Of a stretch of 51,377 nucleotides of DNA, positions 1 through 9,511 are shown in pieces. Below the pieces are notes generated by a model. It was not told the origin of the DNA, made no database searches, and worked only from the letters and a program-made list of their open reading frames with translations. Source of the stretch: Promethearchaeota archaeon. Its GTDB lineage: Archaea; Asgardarchaeota; Lokiarchaeia; Sigyniarchaeales; SOKP01. The stretch lies in contig JAUVXW010000034.1 of the NCBI GenBank assembly GCA_030603385.1, forward strand, positions 1 through 51,377, in the 5' to 3' direction. Positions within the stretch are counted from its first letter, which is position 1; each line of letters begins with the position of its first letter. The translations under genes and the position numbers were made by a program.

Positions 1-339
1 GAGAATTGGTTAGATGCTCTATTACAATATCTTAAAGGAAACCTGAATTTTTTAAAAGTTTTTATCAAAGAAAAACTCCCACAAATAAAAGTAATAGAAC
101 CTGAGGGGACTTATCTTGTTTGGCTTGATTTTCGAGAATTAAGACTAGAACCCAAAGAATTGGAAAAATTTATGCGTGGGAAAGCAGAAGTAGCGCTAGA
201 TGAAGGTTATATTTTTGGTCAAGGTGGGGAAGGATTTGAAAGGATCAATATTGCATGCCCTAAATCAATCTTAGAAGAAGCCCTTAATAGAATTACAGAA
301 GCAATAATTAATATGAAAAAAAAGGAAGACTATGATTAA
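1..339 (+). CDS. PLP-dependent C-S lyase/aminotransferase, MalY/PatB family (3' part; truncated by window edge)
   Basis: Frame 1 is open from base 1 to TAA 337-339: ...WLDALLQYL...PEGTYLVWLDF...GYIFGQGGEGFERINIACPKSILEEAL..., the typical MalY/PatB C-terminus. Confidence 0.85.
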   Translation, partial: ENWLDALLQYLKGNLNFLKVFIKEKLPQIKVIEPEGTYLVWLDFRELRLEPKELEKFMRGKAEVALDEGYIFGQGGEGFERINIACPKSILEEALNRITEAIINMKKKEDYD

Positions 340-458
340 GGTGGGAGTTTTAAATTTTCTTATTTTATTACTGAGGTAAATTTTGAGCTATCCGAAATGT
401 ATAATGAAAGGTTGTAATAACAATAGCCCAAATACTATAAAAATGATATTACATAAGG

Positions 459-1289
459 ATGAATATGAACCGTATCCAAATCAAAGCTCGCGGATTCAGG
501 TTTGACGCCTGGTCAGATGGGCCGGAAGAGGGACCATTGCTACTGTTACTGCATGGTTTGCCCCGAACGAGCTGGGAGTGGCACCATCAGCTGCCGAAAT
601 TAGCTGAGGCTGGGTTCCGAGCTGTTGCGCCTGATCTGAGGGGTTATTGTCCGGGTGCGCGACCTGAAGGCGTGGAGGCATATGTTGTAGATGAGTTTGT
701 CGAAGATATCCTGGCAATTGCCGATCAGCTTGGATGGGCGGATCGTCCCTTTCATCTTATGGCTACCAGTATCGGATCTGTGATCGCATGGTGTCTTGCC
801 GGACAGTATCCTCAGCGGGTAGCGACGCTAGCCTGCATCAACATTCCACATCCTATGGCAATTGTTGAGGTGATGACGACAGAGGCGGCGGATAAACAAC
901 GACAAGGGTTTAGTTATTTTTCTAATTACAGAAAAGAGGGCAATGAATTGAAAAATTTTGAGTCTGCCCTTAAACGCATGGAATTGCCGGCCGAAGAGAC
1001 CGACCCGTATCGTGAGGCGCTCAGCAGCGAAGAAGCGCTTCGGGCCGTTTTTCACTGGTATCGGGCACTTAAAATTCCACCATTAAAACCGGTTGTCATG
1101 CCCACTCTGTACATTTGGCCCCGAAAGGCAGGGAATGTTTCCCAGGAGGCGGCTGAGGGCAATGCGCATTATGTAGAGGGGCCGTATCGCTTCGAGATCC
1201 TCGAAGTTGCGCGCAATTTCGCACTTCAAATGGAGCCGGAAACGATAACCCGTCTGTTGCTTGAGCATCTGGCTGAACATGCTCAATAA
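459..1289 (+). CDS. Alpha/beta hydrolase, epoxide hydrolase-like, with atypical catalytic residues; GC-rich
   Basis: HGLP, APDLRGY and WYRA motifs; nucleophile elbow ATSIG instead of GHDWG. Confidence 0.85.
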   Translation: MNMNRIQIKARGFRFDAWSDGPEEGPLLLLLHGLPRTSWEWHHQLPKLAEAGFRAVAPDLRGYCPGARPEGVEAYVVDEFVEDILAIADQLGWADRPFHLMATSIGSVIAWCLAGQYPQRVATLACINIPHPMAIVEVMTTEAADKQRQGFSYFSNYRKEGNELKNFESALKRMELPAEETDPYREALSSEEALRAVFHWYRALKIPPLKPVVMPTLYIWPRKAGNVSQEAAEGNAHYVEGPYRFEILEVARNFALQMEPETITRLLLEHLAEHAQ

Positions 1290-1421
1290 AACTATGCATT
1301 GAACATTGGCCGGAGCAGCCTTGGAAGTATATTTTTGTACCTGGATTTATTTACCGATCTCTTTTGAAAGAAATAAAATTTAAAGATAACTCTTTTATAA
1401 AAAACGATCAATATAATATAC

Positions 1422-1541
1422 ATGAATATAGGAATTCTAATCTGGGATGGTGTAGAACCATTAGATTTCTGCGGTCCATATGAAGTTATCACTGAATTTA
1501 TCAGTCAAATTAAAAAACTAGGGCCATTACTTACTTTTTAA
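1422..1541 (+). pseudogene. Truncated DJ-1/PfpI (ThiJ/InhA-like) gene remnant
   Basis: MNIGILIWDGVEPLDFCGPYEV matches the N-terminal motif of DJ-1/PfpI proteins; similarity is then lost and the frame stops after 39 aa. Confidence 0.65.
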
Positions 1542-1620
1542 AAAAATTTGTTATTCCTTTTCCAAAAAATTAAAAAATAGAGAGGAATTAAGAACAATAA
1601 TTTCAAAACTTTATTAGATC

Positions 1621-2649
1621 ATGATAAATATGACTGTAAATTTTTTAGATTTAATTCATATTGAATTATCAGTTCCTGATGCTGAAAAAGCTTATCAAAT
1701 CCTACATAATGTCTTTGGGGCTGAGAAAGTTCAAGAAGAATTCGCGGGTTTTTTAGATGGTGAGTATAATAAAGTGATTCATGTTGGTCTAGGTGATGTT
1801 GTCTTACAATTTATCGAACCCCAAGTTGAAGAAGGCTCTTGGGATGCTCAATTAAAAACAAAGGGTCCTGGAGTCCATAATTTGACTTTTGGAGTGGAAA
1901 GTGCTGAAGAAACTGCAAAGGAAATGGAAAAATTAGGAGGGTTTAAACCTCTTTTTACATTTGATTTAGAATGGGATAATATGATCCCCCCTCAATTCTT
2001 GAAACCTGGGGTTAAGAAAGTTTTTATGATGGATACTATGGAAAAACTTGGATTCAACTTAGAATTCGGTGATAATCCTGTGAAAGAAGGGGTTAACGTA
2101 TTCCCTCAAACACGATATGTGACAGGTCGAGATGAATTAATTGGCAATGTATCACCAATGTTACACATTGAGTTAGTCACACCAGATTTAGAGAAGACAT
2201 ATGAACTTTTACATAAAGTTTTTGGCTCTGAAAAAGTGGAAATCGAGTTTGCAGACTTTTTAGATACTCCCTTTATGCGTATTATACATGTAAATTTGAG
2301 TAATGTTGTTCTACAGTATTGTCAGCCTATGGTTAAAGTTAAAACAGAAATGGGAAGTTGGTATGAACTTTTAGAAAAAAATGGTGCATACGTGCATAAT
2401 ATTACTTTTATAGTAGATGATCTTGATGATGTTGTTGAAAAATTCAAGAAAGAGGGAATAGAACCTCTTTTTACTTTTAATTTACAGTGGGATAAGTTGA
2501 ATGAGAATATGAGTTCTGAAATAAAACCAGTATACATGATGAATACATTAGATAAACTAGGATTTCATATGGAACTCGGTGAGGTACTTACGGAAGAAGA
2601 ACGCGAAGCTTTTTCAGAATTATTATATATCGATTTAAAGCAAAAATAA
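1621..2649 (+). CDS. Tandem VOC/glyoxalase-family (methylmalonyl-CoA epimerase-like) protein
   Basis: Two homologous halves: HIELSVPD...FGAEKV...GPGVHNLTF and HIELVTPD...FGSEKV...GAYVHNITF. Confidence 0.8.
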   Translation: MINMTVNFLDLIHIELSVPDAEKAYQILHNVFGAEKVQEEFAGFLDGEYNKVIHVGLGDVVLQFIEPQVEEGSWDAQLKTKGPGVHNLTFGVESAEETAKEMEKLGGFKPLFTFDLEWDNMIPPQFLKPGVKKVFMMDTMEKLGFNLEFGDNPVKEGVNVFPQTRYVTGRDELIGNVSPMLHIELVTPDLEKTYELLHKVFGSEKVEIEFADFLDTPFMRIIHVNLSNVVLQYCQPMVKVKTEMGSWYELLEKNGAYVHNITFIVDDLDDVVEKFKKEGIEPLFTFNLQWDKLNENMSSEIKPVYMMNTLDKLGFHMELGEVLTEEEREAFSELLYIDLKQK

Positions 2650-2676
2650 AAAATTTAGGAAGTGTGAATAACAGAT

Positions 2677-3078
2677 ATGATATTTAAAGTATTTAATGAA
2701 GATTGGTTGGAATCTTTAGATACATTTGAAGAAATAATGTGGCTGTTAATACTATACTTGATTTTGCTCCTTGTTATAGCAATCTTCTTGAAAATAGCAT
2801 TAGGATTTTTCAGTAAATCTAGACGCACCGATTTTGGACAAGTATTCTTAACTTCTTTTCTAATAACGATCGCTTTTGCAATAGTCTTTCTATTTTTTGG
2901 AGGATGGCTTGCATGGATAATAGCATTAATTATCACTTGGATAGTTATATGTATTCGGCATAACGTAGGATTTCTAAGTGCAATTATAATTACGGTTTTA
3001 GCTTTCTTAATTTATGTGATTGTTGCTCTTATTATCGGTGCAATTTTAGATGTCACACTGATTGTTTTACCATTTTAA
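2677..3078 (+). CDS. Hypothetical integral membrane protein (about 4 TM)
   Basis: Highly hydrophobic 133-aa ORF, co-oriented with its neighbours. Confidence 0.75.
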   Translation: MIFKVFNEDWLESLDTFEEIMWLLILYLILLLVIAIFLKIALGFFSKSRRTDFGQVFLTSFLITIAFAIVFLFFGGWLAWIIALIITWIVICIRHNVGFLSAIIITVLAFLIYVIVALIIGAILDVTLIVLPF

Positions 3079-3118
3079 TTCATTTTTTTTTATTTATCAT
3101 TAGGTTGAGTTATATATT

Positions 3119-4621
3119 ATGAATACAAAACCAAATATTATAATTTTTAATGTTGATCAATGGCGTGGAGATGTTTTAGGACATTTGGGAAATCCCGCAG
3201 CAGAAACACCCAACCTCGATAATATTATTAAGCAGGATGCCGTTTCTTTTAGCAATGCTTTTTGTCAGAATCCAGTTTGTACTCCTAGCAGGTGTAGTTT
3301 CATGACTGGTTGGTATCCTCATGTGAGAGGGCACCGTACAATGTATCATATGCTTCATTTAGAACAGAATGAACCGAATTTATTAAGAGTTCTAAAAGAT
3401 GACGGGTATTTTATATGGTGGGGAGGTAGAAATGATTTAATTACTGCCCAACAGGAACCAAAAGATATTTGTGATGTTCGATATTGGCCTTCAAAGGAGG
3501 ATCTTAAACGTTGGGGGCATAAATGGAAACCAAATTTGCACATGTCTACTAAATGGCGAGGAAGCCCAGGAAGTGATGGATATTATAGTTTCTTTGCTGG
3601 TAAATTAGATACAAAAGGAGATGATATCTATTTTGATTATGATTGGGGGATTATATTAGGCGCAATTGATTTTATACAAAATTATAAAGGGGATAAGCCT
3701 TTTTGCATGTATATCGCACTTGCTAATCCACACCCTCCATATGGGATTGAAGAGCCATGGTTTAGCACCACAAATCGTAAAAAGCTTCCTCCTCGTAAAA
3801 AGACACCAAAAGATTGGGAGGGAAAACCCTCACTCTTAAAAGGAATATATGAACGACAAAATCTCCAAGGTTGGACTGAGGATCAATGGTCAGAGCTACG
3901 AGCAGCATATTATGGAATGTGTTCTCGTGTGGATCATCAATTTGGATTAATCATAGAAAATTTAAAAAGCAGAGATCATTATGAGGACTGTGCGATATTC
4001 TTTTTCTCGGATCACGGTGATTTTACTGGTGATTATGGATTAGTTGAAAAAACTCAAAATACATTTGAAGATTGTCTTACTAAAGTACCTTTTATCATAA
4101 AACCTCCTAAAAGAAAAGTTTTCAAACCTGGAATACGTGATGCTTTAGTGGAATTAGTGGATTTTTCCGCGACCGTATATGCTCTAACCGGTATAGATCC
4201 AGATTATTCTTATTTTGGTAAAGATCTATCACCATTATTAAATGGAGAGACTAAGATTCACAGAGATGCGGTTTTCTGTGAAGGCGGTCGACTTTATGGG
4301 GAAAAACAGGCCATGGAATTGCAGAGTATGCAGAATTTAAAACAAACGGGTCTTTATTGGCCTCGAGTTAGTCTTCAGACAACTGATGAGGGACCTTATC
4401 ATGGTAAGGCAGTCATGTGTAGGACAAATGATTTTAAATACATACGGCGTCTTTATGAAAAAGATGAATTTTATGATTTAACTAAGGATCCTGAGGAACT
4501 CAACAATGCAATTGATGATGACATATATGCTGATGTTCTTTCCACCTTAAAGGAAAGGATGCTAACATGGTTTGTAAAAACATGTGATGTGGTTCCATTT
4601 GATACAGATAGACGATTTTAA
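3119..4621 (+). CDS. Sulfatase (formylglycine-dependent, arylsulfatase/choline-sulfatase-like)
   Basis: PNIIIFNVDQ, CTPSR signature, SDHG, YDLTKDPEE. Confidence 0.92.
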   Translation: MNTKPNIIIFNVDQWRGDVLGHLGNPAAETPNLDNIIKQDAVSFSNAFCQNPVCTPSRCSFMTGWYPHVRGHRTMYHMLHLEQNEPNLLRVLKDDGYFIWWGGRNDLITAQQEPKDICDVRYWPSKEDLKRWGHKWKPNLHMSTKWRGSPGSDGYYSFFAGKLDTKGDDIYFDYDWGIILGAIDFIQNYKGDKPFCMYIALANPHPPYGIEEPWFSTTNRKKLPPRKKTPKDWEGKPSLLKGIYERQNLQGWTEDQWSELRAAYYGMCSRVDHQFGLIIENLKSRDHYEDCAIFFFSDHGDFTGDYGLVEKTQNTFEDCLTKVPFIIKPPKRKVFKPGIRDALVELVDFSATVYALTGIDPDYSYFGKDLSPLLNGETKIHRDAVFCEGGRLYGEKQAMELQSMQNLKQTGLYWPRVSLQTTDEGPYHGKAVMCRTNDFKYIRRLYEKDEFYDLTKDPEELNNAIDDDIYADVLSTLKERMLTWFVKTCDVVPFDTDRRF

Positions 4622-4648
4622 AAATGAAAAAAAGTGTTATTGAATTTA

Positions 4649-5542
4649 TTATGGATTATTTTTAATAAATTCTATCATTAATTCAGCTAATTCTGGTCCT
4701 TTATCCTCTTGTACAAAATGTGCTGCGTCTTTAATTGTTGTATGATTTTGTCCTTTAGCTCCTGGAATGTATTGCTGCAAAAATCTATCTCCACCGCGAG
4801 TAACTGGATCGCTATCTGAAAATGCAGTTAAAAATGGTTTTTCCCACTTCCCAAATTCTTCAAAGGCTTTCTTATTGGCTTCATGTTCTGGATCGTCAGT
4901 ATTAATTGGCACTAAAGAAGGTAAAATTCGTGCGCCTGCTTTATACGTATCGTCAGGGAATGGGGCGTCATAACCAGCCAAAATATCATCCGATAGTTTA
5001 GTAGTTGTTGCACCTTGAAGTATAAATTTTATATCAAAATTAGGGGATTCTCTTGAAAATCTTCGCCAGTTCAAAAAAGCTTCACTCATAGGTTGTTCAC
5101 CAGTGGGTAAACCTCCATTTGATAACACTATTTGACTAAATCGATCTTGATTCTCAATAGCAACTCTTAAACCTATTAATGATCCCCAATCTTGACAAAA
5201 AAGAGTTATCCTTTTAAGGTCAAGAGATTTAACTAATCTTGTTATCCAATTTACATGTTTAGCATATGTATGGTCCTCCTGTTTTGTCGGTTTATCAGAA
5301 CGCCCAAAACCCACTAAATCAGGGGCAACAGTTCTAAATCCTGCCTTCACTAAAATTGGAATCATATGTCTATATAAAAAGCTCCATGAGGGTTCCCCAT
5401 GCATAAGTAGCATAACTTCTGCGTCTTTAGGACCCTCATCTACATAGTGTATTCGTATCTCATCAACTTCAAAATAATGTGGTTCATAAGAAAAATCAGG
5501 AAGATTTTCAAATCTTTCATCCGGAGTACGTAATAATTTCAT
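4649..5542 (-). CDS. Haloalkane dehalogenase
   Basis: LRTPDERF, HGEPSW, QDWG nucleophile, DPVT, AAHFVQED. Confidence 0.92.
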   Translation of the reverse strand: MKLLRTPDERFENLPDFSYEPHYFEVDEIRIHYVDEGPKDAEVMLLMHGEPSWSFLYRHMIPILVKAGFRTVAPDLVGFGRSDKPTKQEDHTYAKHVNWITRLVKSLDLKRITLFCQDWGSLIGLRVAIENQDRFSQIVLSNGGLPTGEQPMSEAFLNWRRFSRESPNFDIKFILQGATTTKLSDDILAGYDAPFPDDTYKAGARILPSLVPINTDDPEHEANKKAFEEFGKWEKPFLTAFSDSDPVTRGGDRFLQQYIPGAKGQNHTTIKDAAHFVQEDKGPELAELMIEFIKNNP

Positions 5543-5679
5543 AATTTTAACCTTTTAATTTCTAAATTTTTTAATATTTACTTCAAAAACTAAATAAAGA
5601 TAGTTATTTATAAAATAATAATATACAAGGAAATTTTAATGAAAAATTATCAGAATTAGACTATAGATGATCGTAGACT

Positions 5680-5910
5680 ATGATGGATTCTGAAATAAAA
5701 GATTTAGGAAAAAGAAAGTCCAAAAGAATACTCACATTGATATTAGGAATAGCAGCTATAGCAACGGTAATTTCAATAGTTCTAATCTTTACCTTATCTA
5801 ACGATACAAGTAACGGTGGTTCAAGTTGAGCTTGTGTAATCATAAATTTTCCATTCTTAGAACTATTGAGAAATTATATTGTACAAATAAATTTTGGGCT
5901 TCTATTGTAA
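5680..5910 (+). CDS. Candidate small membrane selenoprotein, 76 aa, U50-x-C52 (absent from the ORF track)
   Basis: MMDSEIKDLGKRKSKRILTLILGIAAIATVISIVLIFTLSNDTSNGGSS-(TGA 5827-5829)-ACVIINFPFLELLRNYIVQINFGLLL-TAA; a SECIS-like hairpin starts a few nt after the TAA. Confidence 0.7.
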
Positions 5911-5917
5911 AAATAAG

Positions 5918-5986
5918 AATCGAGTTGAATGAGTCTTACAAAAAAATGATAGTTGTAAGAGGACGAACCTAGCAATGGTTTCGGTT
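5918..5986 (+). promoter_or_regulatory. SECIS-like element (eukaryote/Lokiarchaeota type), copy 1
   Basis: GAATGA-G-TCTTACAA-[AAAAATGATAG]-TTGTAAGA-GGAC, side hairpin AACC-TAGCAAT-GGTT, closing stem AATCGAG/TTCGGTT; homologous to the hairpin after the UGA-containing hdrA, with compensatory changes. Confidence 0.8.
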
Positions 5987-6051
5987 TTTTATAAAATAAC
6001 TATTAATTTATTAGGTAAAATTTTAAAAAATCAGTATGGTTAGGGATAAAT

Positions 6052-6204
6052 ATGCCAGATGCTTTTCTTACAGTTAATGAAAAAAAGATCCCTTTAAAAG
6101 ATTTCATGCAGGAAATGCTGACAAACATAATTTTAGGTTATCTCAAATCCACAAAAGCAGTTCCTGAAAATATTGAAACGATTGAGATTGAAATTAAGCT
6201 ATAA
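6052..6204 (+). CDS. Small protein (50 aa) resembling the C-terminal domain of MobB-type proteins
   Basis: MPDAFLTVNEKKIPLKDFMQEMLTNIILGYLKSTKAVPENIETIEIEIKL; below the ORF-track cutoff. Confidence 0.6.
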   Translation: MPDAFLTVNEKKIPLKDFMQEMLTNIILGYLKSTKAVPENIETIEIEIKL

Positions 6205-6340
6205 ATTTTTTATTTTTTTATTTTAATTGAGTATCTAAGGCTACAAATATAAAAAAAATTAGAAATATATAATAATTTGAGCTGTTGGATAGCTTTAATT
6301 TTACATAAGTTTCACAAATGTAAGATTTTAAAGGAATACC

Positions 6341-7261
6341 ATGTTTTTCTACTCAAAAGAAGATTCTTCTATTAATATGAAATTAGAACCAGAATGTGTA
6401 GGATGTATTTTTAATCAAGTATTAAAAGCTTTTGAATTACTTCAACCTAATATCTCTCACGAGATAGTTATATCCGCTCAGAAAAAACTAATGACTTTTC
6501 TTTTAAATTTTGATGAAAATCTCGATGCAGCACCAATCTTGGGTAAAGTAGCATATGGTATTATTTCAGAATTTTTGAATGATCAAGATCCTTATCGAAA
6601 TTTAAAAAAAGAAAGTAATAAACTTGCTTTAGGACTTTTTGAAAAAGCTAAAGGAATTATCGATAAAGCTGATGATCCGTTATTTGAAGCTATTATCGTT
6701 GCGGCACTTGGAAATACTATTGATTTTGCGGGTCAACACCAAATTAATTTGATTTCTGATATTAAGAATTTCACAACAGAAGATTTAGTTATCAATGATT
6801 ATACATCTTTTAAGAAATCATTAGAAAAAGCTAAACATTTATTAATCATAGGAGACAATGCTGGAGAGATTGTATTTGATAAACTTTTAGTCTTAACTCT
6901 CAAAGACATTTATCCCGATTTAGAAATAGTTTATTCAGTAAGAGCAGCACCAATAATAAACGATGCCACAATTGAAGATGCTAAATATATTAATTTAACA
7001 GATTTAGTTCAGGTTATTGAATCATGCGCAGCGCCAGGTGTTGACCTAACTTCCTCTACAAAAGAATTTAAAAAATTATTCTTTCGGAAAGATGGGGTGA
7101 TTTTATCCAAAGGACAAGGAAATTTTGAAAGTCTGTACGGGATTGAAATTCCTGATAAAGATGCTTACTATTTGCTAAAAGCCAAGTGTAATCTAATGGA
7201 AAGAATATTTAATGTCAAAATTGGAGATTTAATTTTCAAGAAAAAAACACAAGGATTCTGA
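6341..7261 (+). CDS. ARMT1-like/DUF89 damage-control phosphatase (start may be ATG 6377)
   Basis: ECVGC, GNTIDF, DNAGEIVFD, INDAT, SKGQGNFESL. Confidence 0.92.
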   Translation: MFFYSKEDSSINMKLEPECVGCIFNQVLKAFELLQPNISHEIVISAQKKLMTFLLNFDENLDAAPILGKVAYGIISEFLNDQDPYRNLKKESNKLALGLFEKAKGIIDKADDPLFEAIIVAALGNTIDFAGQHQINLISDIKNFTTEDLVINDYTSFKKSLEKAKHLLIIGDNAGEIVFDKLLVLTLKDIYPDLEIVYSVRAAPIINDATIEDAKYINLTDLVQVIESCAAPGVDLTSSTKEFKKLFFRKDGVILSKGQGNFESLYGIEIPDKDAYYLLKAKCNLMERIFNVKIGDLIFKKKTQGF

Positions 7262-7263
7262 AA

Positions 7264-7761
7264 TTATTGTCTTAATTTTTTCAGTGCCTCAGTGAAGAAC
7301 CCGAAATCTCCGATCTCAGCTTTCTCTTCCGAATCTTGTATCCTTTTAAAGTATTCTTCAATCTGCTTTGATAATATGTTCTTAAAAGACTCAAATTGAG
7401 TAACCTCACAATCATCATTGGCAATCTCGCTTCTATAAAGTGTATAGAACATGTCCAGTGACTTTTCTGCTTCTTCTCTTATATCATGCTTTAGAAAATC
7501 CTTGTCAAGAATCGCAACGAAAATTAAGTTGTATTTATAGACAATAATCATATCTACATCAAGTCCTTTGATGTTAATCTCTTCTATTTCTCCCAAGTTA
7601 TTTCCAAATAGACGTAATGCCCCAACAAAAGAAGATAATAAAACTGGATCGATTTTTGAATCTAATATTAGATCAAGTAAATACTCTCCAGACTCTTTAC
7701 ATATAACAATACCTTTTACTAGCTTATTGTCTTTAATAGTAATCTTTATCCCTGTTATCAA
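7264..7761 (-). CDS. Longin/roadblock-like small domain protein (Asgard type)
   Basis: Beta-strand/G-turn N-terminus, DPVLLSSFVGAL helix, IEEINI and LIFVAIL strands, C-terminal helices. Confidence 0.6.
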   Translation of the reverse strand: MITGIKITIKDNKLVKGIVICKESGEYLLDLILDSKIDPVLLSSFVGALRLFGNNLGEIEEINIKGLDVDMIIVYKYNLIFVAILDKDFLKHDIREEAEKSLDMFYTLYRSEIANDDCEVTQFESFKNILSKQIEEYFKRIQDSEEKAEIGDFGFFTEALKKLRQ

Positions 7762-7922
7762 TTCTATTACTACCTAATTCCATAATATAAATATTGCCTA
7801 ATAAAATCTTTTAAATATTAATTTATAATTAGATGTAATATCTATGAAATAGATAGAGAAAAGAATACACACAATCTCCAACCATAATTAAAGTTTTATA
7901 AAAAAAAAGTCAATAAATCAAA

Positions 7923-8774
7923 CTACTTCTCTAAAATCTCTCTCACTTTATTTACAATAGCTTTAAATGCTTTTGTAGCTTTATTATCAGGATATTTCAA
8001 AACGAATGGCAATCCTTGGTCTCCTTGTTGACTTATCTCAACTTCAAAAGGAATTTTCCCTAATAATTCAATATTAAAGTCAGTAGCTGCTTTTTCCGCC
8101 CCACCTGGAGGGTATAAATCAATATATTCACCACAATGAGGACAATTAAAGCCTGAATGGTTTTCAATAATCCCAAGAATTTTTCTTTTCATTACCATTG
8201 ACATTTTTATTGATTTTCTTGCATCCATTAAAGCCACTTGCTGTGGAGTTGTAACAACTACAACATTTTCATCTGGAATTAATTGTAATATATCGAGGGT
8301 CTCATCAGAAGTACCTGGTGGTAAATCGCATATTAAATAATCAAGTTCCCCCCAAATGGCATCACCTAAAAACTGTCTTACAGCGCTCATTTTCATTGGG
8401 CCTCTCCAGATAATTGGATCGTCAGGTGTGAGAGTTAAAAATGCCATACTCATTACTTTGATATTTAGGGGCCCATTTATAGGGTAAAATTTTTTAGTAT
8501 CAGCATCAACCCTTGGTTTAAGTTCAGGATCTACACCTAGCATTTTAACAACGTTTGGGCCTGTTATATCAACATCAAGAATTCCTACTCTTAATCCAAC
8601 ACTAGCTAGGCTCATAGCAAGATTAACCGCAACGGTCGTTTTACCAACTCCACCTTTTCCGGAAATGATAACGATTTTATTTTTGATTTTTTCCATATTT
8701 GTTTTTATGTTCTTCTCTCTCTCATCCACCATCATTTCTTTTAAATTGATTTCTGGAATCTCTTCTTCAGACAT
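7923..8774 (-). CDS. Mrp/NBP35 (ApbC) Fe-S cluster carrier ATPase
   Basis: SGKGGVGKT, DVDITGPN, WRGPM, DLPPGTSD, CPHC. Confidence 0.95.
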   Translation of the reverse strand: MSEEEIPEINLKEMMVDEREKNIKTNMEKIKNKIVIISGKGGVGKTTVAVNLAMSLASVGLRVGILDVDITGPNVVKMLGVDPELKPRVDADTKKFYPINGPLNIKVMSMAFLTLTPDDPIIWRGPMKMSAVRQFLGDAIWGELDYLICDLPPGTSDETLDILQLIPDENVVVVTTPQQVALMDARKSIKMSMVMKRKILGIIENHSGFNCPHCGEYIDLYPPGGAEKAATDFNIELLGKIPFEVEISQQGDQGLPFVLKYPDNKATKAFKAIVNKVREILEK

Positions 8775-8989
8775 ATTCTTGAATCACTCTTTCTTTATGA
8801 TATGAAAATAAGAAGCTGTTTTATTTTTTTCGATAATTATTTATGAATTATTTCGTTGTTTTGCTTATAATTCTATTCTCATTATAAAAGAATTTATTTC
8901 GTATAAACTAAAGAAATTAATAAATTTGAATATATTATTCATAACTGAAAAGAGAAGAAAAAAAAGTTTGAAGGTGTTACCAAATTCCA

Positions 8990-9469
8990 GTGTCTAATTT
9001 CATGGAGCTATATAAATTTCTACCAAAGACAAATTGCAAGAAATGTGGAAAACCGACATGTATGGCATTTGCATTAGATCTATTACAAGGAAAAGTGAAA
9101 ATTGATGATTGCCCACCGCTTTTAGAGCCTAAATATAAAAAAAATTATGATACACTGAAGGAACTTATAGGCTCTGAAGAAGGTAAAGAGAAGGAATTAA
9201 GAATAGATGTAGATACTGATTTATGTGATGGATGCGGGATTTGTGTAACAGTTTGTCCTGTAAATGCTAGATATTGTCCCCCTACATTAAGTGGCAAAGC
9301 ACCGGATTATCCACCTGAAAAACATCAATTATTTCAAGTAAAGGCTGGTAAATGCGAATTATTGAATATAGAGTATTGTCGCAGGATTGAATCACAAGGT
9401 AGAGAAAGAGAATGCCGTGTATGTGAGACTTATTGTCCTCGTGATGCTGTAAAAATAGATTATGTTTAA
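8990..9469 (+). CDS. Ferredoxin (FwdG-like) with N-terminal CdhE/RnfB-type Fe-S domain
   Basis: LPKTNCKKCGKPTCMAFA...CPP plus CDGCGICVTVCP and CRVCETYCP; first gene of the fwd-like operon. Confidence 0.8.
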   Translation: MSNFMELYKFLPKTNCKKCGKPTCMAFALDLLQGKVKIDDCPPLLEPKYKKNYDTLKELIGSEEGKEKELRIDVDTDLCDGCGICVTVCPVNARYCPPTLSGKAPDYPPEKHQLFQVKAGKCELLNIEYCRRIESQGRERECRVCETYCPRDAVKIDYV

Positions 9470-9511
9470 TCCGCATTTAATATTTTATAATTCTGTAAAG
9501 GTGTTAAAAAA

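Noticed and set aside
496-1492. Short antisense ORFs here and over other long genes
   Set aside because: They overlap well-supported genes on the opposite strand and carry no motifs
5661-5843. 60-aa minus-strand ORF in the track
   Set aside because: Antisense shadow of the plus-strand membrane ORF, which has the TM pattern and the downstream hairpin
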